Positions 51,926 through 62,110 of a stretch of 64,000 bases of DNA are shown here, piece after piece. The notes under the pieces are model-generated. The model worked only from the letters and a program-made list of their open reading frames with translations, made no database searches and was not told the DNA's origin. The first letter of the stretch is position 1. Every line of letters starts with the position of its first letter. The stretch comes from an uncultured bacterium. GTDB lineage: Bacteria; Desulfobacterota_D; UBA1144; Nemesobacterales; UBA2774. The stretch lies in NCBI GenBank assembly GCA_963825135.1, contig CAWGRW010000009.1:2336001-2400000 (forward strand), read 5' to 3'. Both the position numbers and the translations under genes were made by a program.

Positions 51926-53647
51926 CTACAGCCTCATCTCCTTTAGCCTCTCCTTTAATTCCTTATACGGAAGCGCGTTCAACACGTCCTTTTTCTCCAC
52001 CCAGCCCCTTCGGGCCGTGCCCACGCCGTACTTCATGAATAAGAGCTGGTCGGTGCTGTGGGCGTCCGTCGAAATTATTATCTTTACGCCAGCGTCGACC
52101 GCCTTTCTCGCGTTGAGATCATTCAGGTCGAGCCTCGGGTAAGAGCCGTTCACTTCGAGCGCCTTTCCGTACTCGAGCGCCGCCTCTATCACGAGGTCTA
52201 TGTCCACGTCGTACGGGTCCCTTTCACCCAGGAGTCTTCCGGTGGGATGACCTATTGCATGGACGTAAGAGTTCTTTACCGCCCTTATGATACGGTTCGT
52301 CATGGTCTCCCTGTCCATCTTAAACCCGCTGTGTACGGACGCGATAACGACGTCGAGCTCCTTAAGCACGTTATCCGGGTAATCGAGCGTCCCGTCGCTC
52401 TTTATATCGACTTCTGTCCCCATGAGGATTTTGATGTTCTTGAACTTTTTAGCTGCCGACTCGAGCTCCTTCTGCTTCGCCCTCAGTCTCTCGATCGATA
52501 GACCGTTCGCGATTGTTTGAGACGGCGAGTGGTCCGTTATAGCGATGTACTCGTATCCGAGCCTGCGGGCGCTTTCGGCCATCTCCTCGATCGTCGCCTT
52601 GCCGTCGCTCCATTTCGTATGGGTGTGCAGGTCGCCTCTTATATCGCCCTGCTCGATGAGGTCCGGCAGTTCTCCGTCAAACGCAGCCTCGATCTCGCCC
52701 CTGTCCTCTCTCAACTCAGGGGGTATGTAGGGCAGGCCGAGCGTCTTGTACATCTCCTTCTCGGTCTCGCCCGCTATCCTCTTCTCGCCTTTATACACGC
52801 CGTACTCGTTTATCTTGAGGCCCTTTTTCGTCGCGAGCGTTCTCAGCTTTACGTTGTGCGCCTTAGACCCTGTGAAGTACAGGAGTGCTGCGCCGTAGGA
52901 CTCAGGCCCCACGACCCGGAGGTCCGCCTGCATCCCTTCCTTAAGTATCACGCTCCCCTTCGTGCCTCCTGACGCGAGCACATCCTTTACGAACTTCATT
53001 CCCGTGAATGCGTCCACCACGGCCTCCGTGTTGTCGGAGATCGTAAGGATATCCATATCCCTCACCGTCTCCCTCATCCTCCTTATCGAGCCCGCGAGTA
53101 TCGTCCCCTCCGTCCCCGGTATCTTCGCGATCTCCCGTACGACCCCTTCCGCGAGAGGCACGGCCACACCGAGGAGCGTCCTCTCCTTACTCTCCTTGAA
53201 TATCTCGATGCCTCTCTTCATGTCGTCGATCTTTTTCTTCCCCATCCCCCTGAACTTCAGTATTTCTTCCCCGCTTAACGCCTTCTCGAGACCGGCGAGA
53301 TTCCTGACGTTGAGCTCCTTGAAGAGGAGCGAGAGCGTCTTCGGCCCGAGGCCCTGTATATGCAGGAGATCGACGAGGGCGAGGGGAACCTGTTCCTTGA
53401 GCTTCTCATACTCTTTGATCTTGCCGGTCTTGATATACATATCTATCTTCTCGGCAAGGTCCTTTCCGACCCCCGGTATCTCCGTAAGCTCGTCTCGGGC
53501 GGCTACGTCCTCTATGTCTTCCCCGAGCTCTCGTATATTCTCCGCGGCATTTTTATACGCCCTGATCTTGAAAGGGTTCTCCCCGAGCACGTTTAGCATG
53601 TCCGACATGTGCTCGAATATTTCCGCTATATCGTTATTTTTGCTCAT
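51926..53647 (-). CDS. polX: DNA polymerase X / PHP 3'-5' exonuclease
   Basis: GSIRR..DMD, YFTGSKAHN, YIPPELRE, DLHTHT..SDG, TDH, HPTGR, STDAH. Confidence 0.95.
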   Translation of the reverse strand: MSKNNDIAEIFEHMSDMLNVLGENPFKIRAYKNAAENIRELGEDIEDVAARDELTEIPGVGKDLAEKIDMYIKTGKIKEYEKLKEQVPLALVDLLHIQGLGPKTLSLLFKELNVRNLAGLEKALSGEEILKFRGMGKKKIDDMKRGIEIFKESKERTLLGVAVPLAEGVVREIAKIPGTEGTILAGSIRRMRETVRDMDILTISDNTEAVVDAFTGMKFVKDVLASGGTKGSVILKEGMQADLRVVGPESYGAALLYFTGSKAHNVKLRTLATKKGLKINEYGVYKGEKRIAGETEKEMYKTLGLPYIPPELREDRGEIEAAFDGELPDLIEQGDIRGDLHTHTKWSDGKATIEEMAESARRLGYEYIAITDHSPSQTIANGLSIERLRAKQKELESAAKKFKNIKILMGTEVDIKSDGTLDYPDNVLKELDVVIASVHSGFKMDRETMTNRIIRAVKNSYVHAIGHPTGRLLGERDPYDVDIDLVIEAALEYGKALEVNGSYPRLDLNDLNARKAVDAGVKIIISTDAHSTDQLLFMKYGVGTARRGWVEKKDVLNALPYKELKERLKEMRL

Positions 53648-53869
53648 TTCTCTTCAATTATACATTCGGGTCGCTGATGAATAATAACATTATCGGGGTG
53701 CGATTTTTAGCGTGCATCAATGACTGAATAGAGCACGGAACACCCTGGATCGGGAAGCATGGATCTGAGATTAATTCAATGTATATTCGGTTCCGTAAAT
53801 CGGTTCTGAGGTTAAGGGATTGGGAAGCCTTCGAGGTTTGATGGAATTTCTCTCGGGGCAGCCTCTCGA

Positions 53870-55597
53870 TTACTGCACGGATGCGGTCTGCACCTCTGAG
53901 GAAAACCTTATTATACCGTCGTAGATGCCGTCGGCTATCTCATTGATATAAGAGTCGGATTTGAGCCTCTGCTCGTCCCTCGGATTCGTGATGAATGCCG
54001 TTTCGACCAGTATGCTAGGTATATCCGCCCCTATCAGGACCACGAAAGGAGCCCTCTTTACGCCCTTGTCTTTCCCTGTCTGGTATTTCGCCGAAATATT
54101 GCTTACCACCGAATTCTGGACAAGACCCGCCAGCCGCTCCGATTCCTGTATCTTCGCGCTGAGCAGGTATTGTTTTAAGACCTTCGACATCTCCCCGCGC
54201 GAAATATTAGTAGTCGCGTTCTCACGGGCCGCGACCGCGAGAGACCTCTGGTCCTTGGTCAGGCTCAGGAAATACGTTTCTGTGCCGTACGCCTGCTTGT
54301 CACGGGCCGCGTTGCAGTGTATCGAAATGAAAAGGTCCGCCCCCTGTTTCTTTGCTATACCCGTCCTTTCCTCAAGCGGTATGAACGTGTCGCCGCTCCT
54401 CGTGAGGTATACGTTGGTGATTCCGTGCTTCTTCCCTTCCTTGTCGAGCTTTTCCTTAAGCGCCTTCGCTATGTTGAGCGTGACCTGTTTTTCCTTGAGT
54501 CCCGACGGTCCTATGGCCCCCGGATCGTGTCCGCCGTGCCCTGCGTCTATAACGACCGTCCTTATCTTGAGCCCGAGCGCTTCAGAGAGGCTCGATACCT
54601 TGTCCTCCGGCAGGTTTGCCTCGTATTTGTAATCCTCAGTGTTATTTTTTACCGCCACGTATTCATCGTGCGCTTTCGGATTCCCCTGTATGTCCATAAC
54701 GATCCTGAACGGGTCCTTCAAGGCAAACACCTTGTAGTCCTCAAAGCTCTTGATGTATAGAACGACCCTGACGCGGTCGCTCGTATTCCTCCCGAATTTT
54801 ATCTCCTCCAGGAGCCCTTTGGTGATGGGCTCGACATTAAGGCTCTTGTCGACCTTGGTGCCGTATATGTCTACCAGGAGGCGAGGGGGCTTCCCGTTCG
54901 CAGTGTCTTCCTTGAGGAACATAGATTTAAAAGGGGTCTCCTTATCGACGTAGATGACGACCCTCGTAAAATTGTCAGTAGACCAGTGTCGTATCTGGCT
55001 TACGCTCGCAAGCCCGCTCTGCGTCTCCGAGTCTGAAGCCCCGGCGGCCGTATCGGTTTGTGTTTCGGTTGTTTTAGTGGCGGGCTTGAAGGGCGATAGC
55101 TCCTGGGTCTTATTCCTCGCGATGGTCTTCATATCGCCGTTCGGGTAATCTTCGGTGATTTTTTCGTATTCTACGTAAGCACCGCTTTTACTATCCTTCT
55201 CGACTATTCTGGCGACCCTCAATTGAGCGTCGTCCGCGAGACTGCTTTCGGGGTATCTCTTTACGAAGAGCCTCGAATAATCGAGCGCTTTATCCAGGTC
55301 GTCCCTCGAGCCGAACCTTTCCCCCATTTCCTCATACATCTTGCCCGATATAAATAGTGAATTCGGGGCTTTGGAGCTGTCGGGGTAATTGGCGTAGATA
55401 CTGTAAAACGCCCTTGCGATGGTATCCCAAATCTCCTTATCGTTTACCTTTTTATCGTTTCCCGCGAGGGACTTATACAACTGGAACGTTTCAGCATATA
55501 ACTTCTCCCCCTTGTCATCGGCATAGGAGCCGTGTGGGAACATGGTAAGGACGAGTAAAAAGACTACGATCGCGGCAAATCGCGGTTTTCTGCTCAT
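53870..55597 (-). CDS. N-acetylmuramoyl-L-alanine amidase (TPR + AMIN + Amidase_3)
   Basis: IDAGHGGHDPGA, FISIHCNA, PSILVETAFITN; N-terminal TPR-like helices. Confidence 0.93.
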   Translation of the reverse strand: MSRKPRFAAIVVFLLVLTMFPHGSYADDKGEKLYAETFQLYKSLAGNDKKVNDKEIWDTIARAFYSIYANYPDSSKAPNSLFISGKMYEEMGERFGSRDDLDKALDYSRLFVKRYPESSLADDAQLRVARIVEKDSKSGAYVEYEKITEDYPNGDMKTIARNKTQELSPFKPATKTTETQTDTAAGASDSETQSGLASVSQIRHWSTDNFTRVVIYVDKETPFKSMFLKEDTANGKPPRLLVDIYGTKVDKSLNVEPITKGLLEEIKFGRNTSDRVRVVLYIKSFEDYKVFALKDPFRIVMDIQGNPKAHDEYVAVKNNTEDYKYEANLPEDKVSSLSEALGLKIRTVVIDAGHGGHDPGAIGPSGLKEKQVTLNIAKALKEKLDKEGKKHGITNVYLTRSGDTFIPLEERTGIAKKQGADLFISIHCNAARDKQAYGTETYFLSLTKDQRSLAVAARENATTNISRGEMSKVLKQYLLSAKIQESERLAGLVQNSVVSNISAKYQTGKDKGVKRAPFVVLIGADIPSILVETAFITNPRDEQRLKSDSYINEIADGIYDGIIRFSSEVQTASVQ

Positions 55598-55733
55598 TTA
55601 GTACTCTAATTATATTAGCTTAGGGGTCATTTGTAAATGGTATATTATAAAGTACTTTAACATTTTACCGGATTTTCTTTCAATTTAAAAGGTAAATCTT
55701 TTGAAATGATTGATTCTTGATGATAAATTTCTA

Positions 55734-56504
55734 ATGATGAAGGTTATTATTCTGGGCTCCGCCACCTCGACAGGCGTACCTATAATCGGCTGCGGCTGCC
55801 CCGTCTGCACGTCGGCAAATCCCCGTAATAAAAGGACAAGGTGCTCGCTATTCGTCGAGGTTATGGGCGAGAATATCCTCATCGACACATCGACGGACCT
55901 TAGATGTCAGGCGCTCAGGCACGGTATTGCGAGGCTCGACGCAGTCCTCTACACACATTCCCACGCCGACCATACGCACGGTATAGACGAATTGAGGATT
56001 TACAACTTCGTGAACAAGAGCTCGATCCGGTGTTACGGGAATGCGCAAACTGTAGAGAATATTAAAGATAATTTCAAATATATCTTCGACGGCGTGGAAT
56101 CGGCCGGGGGAAAGCCCAAGCTCACTCTGTCTACAGTCTCCGGGGAATTCGATTTCGACGGCATAAAGATCACTCCGGTCGACGTATATCACGCGGACTG
56201 GACAATACTGGGCTACAGGATAGGCGGCATGGCATATCTCACCGACTGCAGCGGCATCCCCGATGGTCGTGGGATAAGCTCCGCGGCCTCGACGTGCTCA
56301 TCATCAGCGCGCTCAGGTACAAGCCCCATCCCGCCCACCTTAACGTGGAGCAGGCGGTCGAAGTCGCGCAAAGAGCTAAAACCCCGGCTCACCGTATTGA
56401 CGCATATGGGCCACGAGCTCGACTACGATACGCTTTCGAAAGAGCTCCCTGATTCCATTGTGCCCGCATACGACGGCATGGAGCTCGAGCTCCCCGAGCC
56501 CTGA
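55734..56504 (+). CDS. MBL-fold hydrolase (PhnP/YycJ-like) with two compensating indels
   Basis: [33 protein letters not shown]. The alternative frame at 56266..56369 reads [34 protein letters not shown]. Confidence 0.88.
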   Translation: MMKVIILGSATSTGVPIIGCGCPVCTSANPRNKRTRCSLFVEVMGENILIDTSTDLRCQALRHGIARLDAVLYTHSHADHTHGIDELRIYNFVNKSSIRCYGNAQTVENIKDNFKYIFDGVESAGGKPKLTLSTVSGEFDFDGIKITPVDVYHADWTILGYRIGGMAYLTDCSGIPDGRGISSAASTCSSSARSGTSPIPPTLTWSRRSKSRKELKPRLTVLTHMGHELDYDTLSKELPDSIVPAYDGMELELPEP

Positions 56505-56561
56505 CTTGATAACCCGCTCAGGTACTGGAAAATTGTTATATCTATTCCGAGAGGTGTGAGA

Positions 56562-57787
56562 ATGCAGGATGTGATAAGAAAAATTCTTCAGCCCAATGAT
56601 TCGAAGATCGTCCTCTGTGTGCTTGACGGCTTGGGAGGGCTTCCGAGAAACGGGAAGACCGAGCTTGAGGCGGCCTCGACGCCCAATCTCGACGAGCTCG
56701 CGAAACGCGGTGCGTGCGGTCAGCACCTCCCGGTCGCTATAGGAATCACGCCCGGAAGCGGAGCCGCTCACCTGGGTCTCTTCGGCTATGACCCGCTCAA
56801 ATATGAGATAGGACGCGGCGTTCTGGAGGCCCTCGGTCTCGGAATCGAGCTCACCCCGAACGACCTCGCGATAAGGGGCAACTTCGCCTCGGTCAGATAC
56901 GAAGGGGATACGCCATACGTCACAGACAGACGCGCCGGCAGGATTCCCACACAGGAGAATATAAGGATAGTCTCCCGCATCGCGGAAAAGGTCAAAGAGA
57001 TAGACGGCGTGAAGGTCTCCATAACCTCGGGCATGGAGCACAGGGTGGCTGTCGTATTCACGTTCCCCGAGCCCATTCCCGCGAGGACGGGGACGACATA
57101 CACGACACCGACCCCCAGCTAGAGGGAAAGAGCCCCCTCATACCAAAGGGGAATAACCCCAAGGCGGCCAGGGTCGCGAAGCTCGTAGAGAAGTTCATCA
57201 ATCAGGCCGCGAAGGTGATACGCGACGAGGAGAGGGCGAATTATCTCCTGCTGAGAGGGTTCGCCGTCCATCCGAACCTCACTTCATATAAGGACGCATA
57301 CGGTCTCGCCGCCGCCTGCATCGCGACATATCCGATGTACAGGGGCGTGGCGAAGTTAGTCGGCATGGACGTGCTTGAGGTCGAGGACATGACCATTAAA
57401 AGCGAGGTTGAGACGCTCAAGAGAGATTTCGGCAAGTACGACTTCTTCTATCTCCACGTAAAGAAGACCGACAGCTACGGGGAGGACGGGAATTTCGACG
57501 CGAAGGCCAAAGTGATCGAAGAGTTCGACAGCCTCGTTCCCGAAATCACGGCGCTTAAGCCGGACGTGATAGTCGTCACGGGGGACCATTCGACGCCGGC
57601 AATCATGAAATCCCATAGCTGGCATCCGGTGCCGATTCTCATAAGCTCGAAGTACGCGAGGGGAGGGGGGGCCGAGGGCTTCGGGGAGAGTGAGTGCAGC
57701 AGAGGAGAGCTCGGCACTTTCAGGGCTGTCGATTTGATGACGCTCATTCTCGCCCACTCCGGCAGGCTCCAGAAGTACGGCGCTTGA
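56562..57787 (+). CDS. apgM: 2,3-BPG-independent phosphoglycerate mutase (ApgM type), split by a frameshift near 57081
   Basis: [29 protein letters not shown]; continues in another frame as [32 protein letters not shown]. Confidence 0.88.
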
Positions 57788-57811
57788 TTCCTGTTTTCTT
57801 TTCTTCTTTTG

Positions 57812-58044
57812 ATTCCCTCCTTAGAAAAAGGAGGATTTAACTTTTTGTCATTGCGAGGGAGCGCAGTATGCGAACGTGGCAATCTCATCTTTTAACCCGT
57901 TCGTCCTTGATTTTATTTCCCTCCCCCTTGAGGGGGGAGGGGTAGGGTGGGGGTGAAAAAGCCGTTCATGCTGCTTGTCCGGCGTAGCCTTGGCGAAGCC
58001 GGAAGCCTGTCGAAGAACAATTGCGAGCGAGTGAGCAATTGTTC
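57812..58044. repeat. Dense cluster of at least five different short palindromic elements
   Basis: Elements at 57812..57834, 57846..57886 (GTCATTGCGAG..GCAATCTC), 57913..57954, 57962..58015 and 58015..58044 (10-bp perfect inverted repeat). Confidence 0.8.
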
Positions 58045-58182
58045 ACCCTTGCTAACCTTGTATCGAAGATTATTGAAACGGCTAATGATATGTCCGCGGC
58101 GACTCGCCGCCCCTTGAAATCTCTCCCCTTTGTGCTAATTTATCTTTTCCCTCGTGTTTATGCTAGGCTTTAACTGACGAGT

Positions 58183-58268
58183 GCCGAAGTGGCGGAACTG
58201 GCAGACGCGCCATCTTGAGGGGGTGGTGCCTTCCGGGCGTGCGGGTTCGACTCCCGCCTTCGGCACCA
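58183..58268 (+). tRNA. tRNA-Leu (anticodon GAG)
   Basis: GCCGAAG/CTTCGGC acceptor stem, CCATC-TTGAGGG-GGTGG anticodon arm, long variable arm, GGTTCGACTC T-loop, encoded ACCA end. Confidence 0.96.
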
Positions 58269-58357
58269 TTCTTACTAACTTTTTCAGATCGTTGTATTCT
58301 TTCCGACACTTCGCTATAATCGCAGCTAGTACACATCTAAAGTGCGGGGGTAACAGC

Positions 58358-58771
58358 ATGTTCAGATCGTTATTCATGGTTATAGCGGTGCTCTGTTTTA
58401 TTTCCTTTTTATCGGCTCAGGATTCCTTTTCACAACAAGCAAAGCCAATGAAATATCTCGTTACGGGAACAGGCGGACCGGCTTCCGTTTCCCCGGCGGA
58501 CATGACAGCCATACTTCAGAATGTCGTCCTTCCGACGTTCGATCAGCTGATTAAGCTGGAGCAGGAAGGAAAGATCACAGGGGGCGTGCCGGTCGGTGAC
58601 CGTGCTTTTGTGTTCATTGTGGAAGCCTCGTCCAACGATGAAGTGGATAAGCTGTTGCGCTCTCTTCCCATCTGGGGCGTGTTGAAGTGGAAAGTCGTAC
58701 CTCTTCAGACCTTTGAAGGGCGCGCAGCTGTGGAGCGTAAAATAGTCGAGGGTTCCAAGAAAGCAGAATAA
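58358..58771 (+). CDS. Secreted protein with a dimeric alpha/beta-barrel (muconolactone isomerase/YciI-like) domain
   Basis: Signal peptide; FIVEASSNDEVDKLLRSLPIW...W.V.PL pattern. The track ORF start overlaps the tRNA, so it was corrected to ATG 58358. Confidence 0.6.
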   Translation: MFRSLFMVIAVLCFISFLSAQDSFSQQAKPMKYLVTGTGGPASVSPADMTAILQNVVLPTFDQLIKLEQEGKITGGVPVGDRAFVFIVEASSNDEVDKLLRSLPIWGVLKWKVVPLQTFEGRAAVERKIVEGSKKAE

Positions 58772-58911
58772 TAAGGAAGCTACCTATTAACCAAGCTCTA
58801 AAAACCTTCTCTACGGTAGAATTCCATTTATTTCGGCTTCACATCCCCTTAACATTTCTTCTTTATAATCGGTGATTCTAATTTTATAATTAGCGTGAAG
58901 GAGAGACACGA

Positions 58912-59154
58912 ATGGACCCGAATTCCGGAGCTAAACGCCTGATGGGCTATGCGTTTCTTGTGGTCTTCGCCAATGACGATACGATAAGCGCGGGCGAGCT
59001 TCACATGCTTGAGAAGATCGCGCTTGAGGACGGAGTTATCGACGAGGACGAGAAAAGGATTTTAAAGAAAATATTTTCCCGCGTTACCAAGGAGCAGCTT
59101 GCCGATGCCGTCTGGAGCGAGATCTCCAAATTCCGGGAGGATAACGGTATCTAA
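58912..59154 (+). CDS. Small acidic TerB-like helical protein
   Basis: AAGGAG RBS; two DG/DD.I...E repeats (NDDTISAGE, EDGVIDEDE). Confidence 0.6.
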   Translation: MDPNSGAKRLMGYAFLVVFANDDTISAGELHMLEKIALEDGVIDEDEKRILKKIFSRVTKEQLADAVWSEISKFREDNGI

Positions 59155-59271
59155 CCTTATCTGCTGAAACCTGTTCTCACCCGTTCGTCCATCGGCGCGG
59201 AATCTGCGCTCATATGCAAATTCTCCTTTACTCCCTGAGCGTACCGGCACTTTAAAGTCCTGATTACTTTT

Positions 59272-59286
59272 TATACAAAATGTATA
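59272..59286. promoter_or_regulatory. Palindrome TATACA-N3-TGTATA, candidate activator site
   Basis: Perfect dyad about 110 bp upstream of the sigma54-like motif. Confidence 0.4.
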
Positions 59287-59394
59287 GCTTTTAACAGCCA
59301 GGTCTGATGCCTGACGTTCAACCGAATGAATTGAATAAAGATTAGTTGTGTGGTTGTGGATGGTTAGGAATTTCAAGTCCAGCAGATTAACATT

Positions 59395-59410
59395 TGGTAC
59401 GTAAATTGCG
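59395..59410 (+). promoter_or_regulatory. Candidate sigma54 (-24/-12) promoter
   Basis: TGGTAC-GTAAA-TTGCG versus consensus TGGCAC-N5-TTGCW; exact GG-N10-GC spacing. Confidence 0.6.
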
Positions 59411-59547
59411 ACATATATCCATTGTTCGAATAGTCTGATGAGTGTGCAGCGGGCGCTCAATTTGCGTAAACACCCATCAGTATATAAAATAAAGATAAAA
59501 GCCGTAATACCCGTCATACACCACAACACGACATGTAGGGAGAAGTC

Positions 59548-61716
59548 ATGGAAGTGAAGGTAAAGAAGAAATCTATGAGGGAAATAAAGGCGGGCCTGCC
59601 CGGGGTTGTAAGGGAGGAGCTCGACCTTTTCGACAGCCAGATTCAGGACTACCTGTCGGGGCTTACGGGTGACATAAAATTCCAGAAGATACGCCTCCAG
59701 CTGGGGACTTACGCACAGCGCCAGGAAGGGGTCCAGATGCAGCGCATCAAAATACCGTTCGGAGGGCTCAGCTCCGACCAGCTGAGGAGGCTTGCGGAAG
59801 TTTCCGATAAATATGCGAGCGGGTTCATGCACTTGACGACGAGACAGGACGTACAGCTCTATTACATCAAGCTCGATACCGTGCCCAACATGATGCGGGA
59901 GCTCGCGGACGCCGGCATCACTACGCGCGAGGCCTGCGGAAACACCGTCAGGAACGTAACCGCCTGCCATCAGTCGGGCGTCTCTCCCACAGAGACCTTC
60001 GACGTCACTCCCTACGCGGAAGCCTTCAAGAATTTCATGCTGAGGAACCCGATATGCCAGAATATGGGGAGGAAGTTCAAGGTATGCTTCGAGGGCTGCC
60101 AGGATATAGATCACGCAGGGGTCAGGATACACGACCTCGGGTTCCGCGCGCGGGTCAGGATGATCGACGGCGAGCTCAAACGCGGTTTTCAGGTCCACGT
60201 GGGCGGCGGGCTCGGGGCTTCCCCTTCGCTCGGCCAACTGTGGACTGAATTCATGCCCGTCGAGGACATGATACCCTTCTCCGCGGCCGTAGTACGCATA
60301 TTCGACCGTTACGGAGAGCGCAAGGTTCGTATGAAGGCCCGTATGAAATTCCTCGTCAGGAGCCTCGGCTGGGACGAATTCAAAAAGAGGGTGGAAGAAG
60401 AATGGCTGAATCTCAAAGTGGAGCCCTCATGGAATAATTATCTGAGCGATATAAGAGAAGACTACTCGCCGCCCGATAACGCAGGCTCGATACCGCCTGC
60501 TCCGGAAGGAACGGAATCGGACCCGGATTATATTAAATGGAAAGAATCCTGCGTCCTCCCCCATGCGAGAGAGGATTACGCAATGGTCAATGTCAGGATT
60601 CATCTTGGCGATCTCAAGTCGGAGAAGGCTAGAACTCTCGCCGACATTGCGGACGTGTATTCGGCAGGCGAGATACGCATTTCCATACTCCAGAATTTAA
60701 TACTGCGCTGGGTCCCGAAACACGCCCTCCCGTCGTTATACGCGGCGCTCAAGGAAGCGGACCTTGCCTACACGGGAGCCGATACTTTCGGAGACATAAC
60801 CGCTTGCCCGGGGGCCGATACGTGCCGTCTCGGTATAACGTCCGCCAAGGGCTTGGCCGACCACCTCACCGGAGGGATGAGCAACGGGCTTGGCGAATTC
60901 AAAGAGCTCACGAAGGACCTCAAGATAAAAATATCCGGCTGCCCGAATGCGTGCGCCCAGCACGTTACGGCCAGCATCGGCTTCCAGGGTGCATCGCTCT
61001 CGAAGGACGGGCGGAACGTCCCGGCCGAGCAGGTATTCATCGGCGGCGGTTTATACGGCGACGAAACCCGACTTGCGACCTCGATGATAAAGGTCCCGAC
61101 CAGGAACGCGCCCAAGCTCGTAAAGAGGCTTCTCGAAATCTACCGGGACGAGAGGGAGGGCGGGGAGCACTTCGACCTCGTGATGGAGAGGCTCGGGAGG
61201 GACCGCATAAAGGACGAAATAAATCACTTTACTGAAATTCCCTCGTTCGAGGAAGACCCCTCTTTCTACGACGACTGGGGGCATGAAGAAGAAAAATTCG
61301 AGCTCCAGAAGGGCATGAAAGGGGAATGCGCGGGCGCGACGGTCGAAGAGAAGATACCGACCTTCGCGGATGCCAGGAAGCGTATTCAGCAGGCCGAGGC
61401 CCTGCTCGCTCACGGGGAGGTTGCGGCGTCTATGATGGAATCGTATCATTCGTGTTCCGCAAGCGCCCACGTCCCGCTCTATACCAAGCTCGTCGATCCC
61501 TTCACCCCGGAGCAGACCATGTGGGAGTTCGAGAACCTGCTCGTAAGGACGGGCGAAGCCGACGGAAGGTGGGTGGACATCTCGTCTTCCCTGAGGGATA
61601 AACTGGCGCAGGAGCCTTCGGAGGAGCTCGCCGCGGAAATGCTGTCGATAGCGAAGGATTTATACGCCGAGTGCGAGAGGCTACAGTCGGTGCTGACGCA
61701 GTCAGTCAAGAATTAA
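59548..61716 (+). CDS. Siroheme-[4Fe-4S] nitrite/sulfite reductase with C-terminal helical (HEPN-like) extension
   Basis: HLTTRQD, CGNTVRN, RKFK, ACPGADTCRLG and SGCPNAC ligand motifs. Confidence 0.92.
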   Translation: MEVKVKKKSMREIKAGLPGVVREELDLFDSQIQDYLSGLTGDIKFQKIRLQLGTYAQRQEGVQMQRIKIPFGGLSSDQLRRLAEVSDKYASGFMHLTTRQDVQLYYIKLDTVPNMMRELADAGITTREACGNTVRNVTACHQSGVSPTETFDVTPYAEAFKNFMLRNPICQNMGRKFKVCFEGCQDIDHAGVRIHDLGFRARVRMIDGELKRGFQVHVGGGLGASPSLGQLWTEFMPVEDMIPFSAAVVRIFDRYGERKVRMKARMKFLVRSLGWDEFKKRVEEEWLNLKVEPSWNNYLSDIREDYSPPDNAGSIPPAPEGTESDPDYIKWKESCVLPHAREDYAMVNVRIHLGDLKSEKARTLADIADVYSAGEIRISILQNLILRWVPKHALPSLYAALKEADLAYTGADTFGDITACPGADTCRLGITSAKGLADHLTGGMSNGLGEFKELTKDLKIKISGCPNACAQHVTASIGFQGASLSKDGRNVPAEQVFIGGGLYGDETRLATSMIKVPTRNAPKLVKRLLEIYRDEREGGEHFDLVMERLGRDRIKDEINHFTEIPSFEEDPSFYDDWGHEEEKFELQKGMKGECAGATVEEKIPTFADARKRIQQAEALLAHGEVAASMMESYHSCSASAHVPLYTKLVDPFTPEQTMWEFENLLVRTGEADGRWVDISSSLRDKLAQEPSEELAAEMLSIAKDLYAECERLQSVLTQSVKN

Positions 61717-61754
61717 CGGCGTCCGCCCCCGGCTTTGAGCAGGGAGAATTGGCT

Positions 61755-61967
61755 ATGTATGTGCCGGGTACGAAATTCAAGGTAGTGCTCAAAATAAAAG
61801 TTGGAGAGCAGGTCTTTGAACCCGGACTTACAGGCGAGATCGTCGGCAGCGCGAACAAAATGGTCGGAAAATCTTACAAGGTCAGGTTCGAGGACGGCAG
61901 GACCGCCGAAATCCACATGGTGATCATGAACAACCAGACGCAGGTCTTGAAGGACAGCTTGAATTGA
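61755..61967 (+). CDS. Small hypothetical protein (SH3/KOW-like beta-rich)
   Basis: GGGAG RBS before ATG 61755; 38 bp after the reductase stop. Confidence 0.6.
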   Translation: MYVPGTKFKVVLKIKVGEQVFEPGLTGEIVGSANKMVGKSYKVRFEDGRTAEIHMVIMNNQTQVLKDSLN

Positions 61968-62110
61968 GATACCTGCATTTTCGCGCGACAGACTGCGCGC
62001 GAGATACTCTTTGATAACTGTTCTAATCTTCCCGAAGAAAAATCATGGAAGCAAACAGGCCGGGCTTTAGAAATCTACAGCGGGGTAACACGGGTATTAT
62101 TTTGCATCCG

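Noticed and set aside
58181..58357. N-terminal 59 aa of ORF 58181..58771
   Set aside because: Runs through tRNA-Leu; the real start is 58358.
59435..59480. CTGATGAG as a hammerhead ribozyme core
   Set aside because: No correctly placed GAAA or three-stem junction found; only a simple hairpin.
59062..60237. 391-aa minus-strand ORF
   Set aside because: Mostly antisense to the reductase, with no recognisable motifs; typical shadow ORF.
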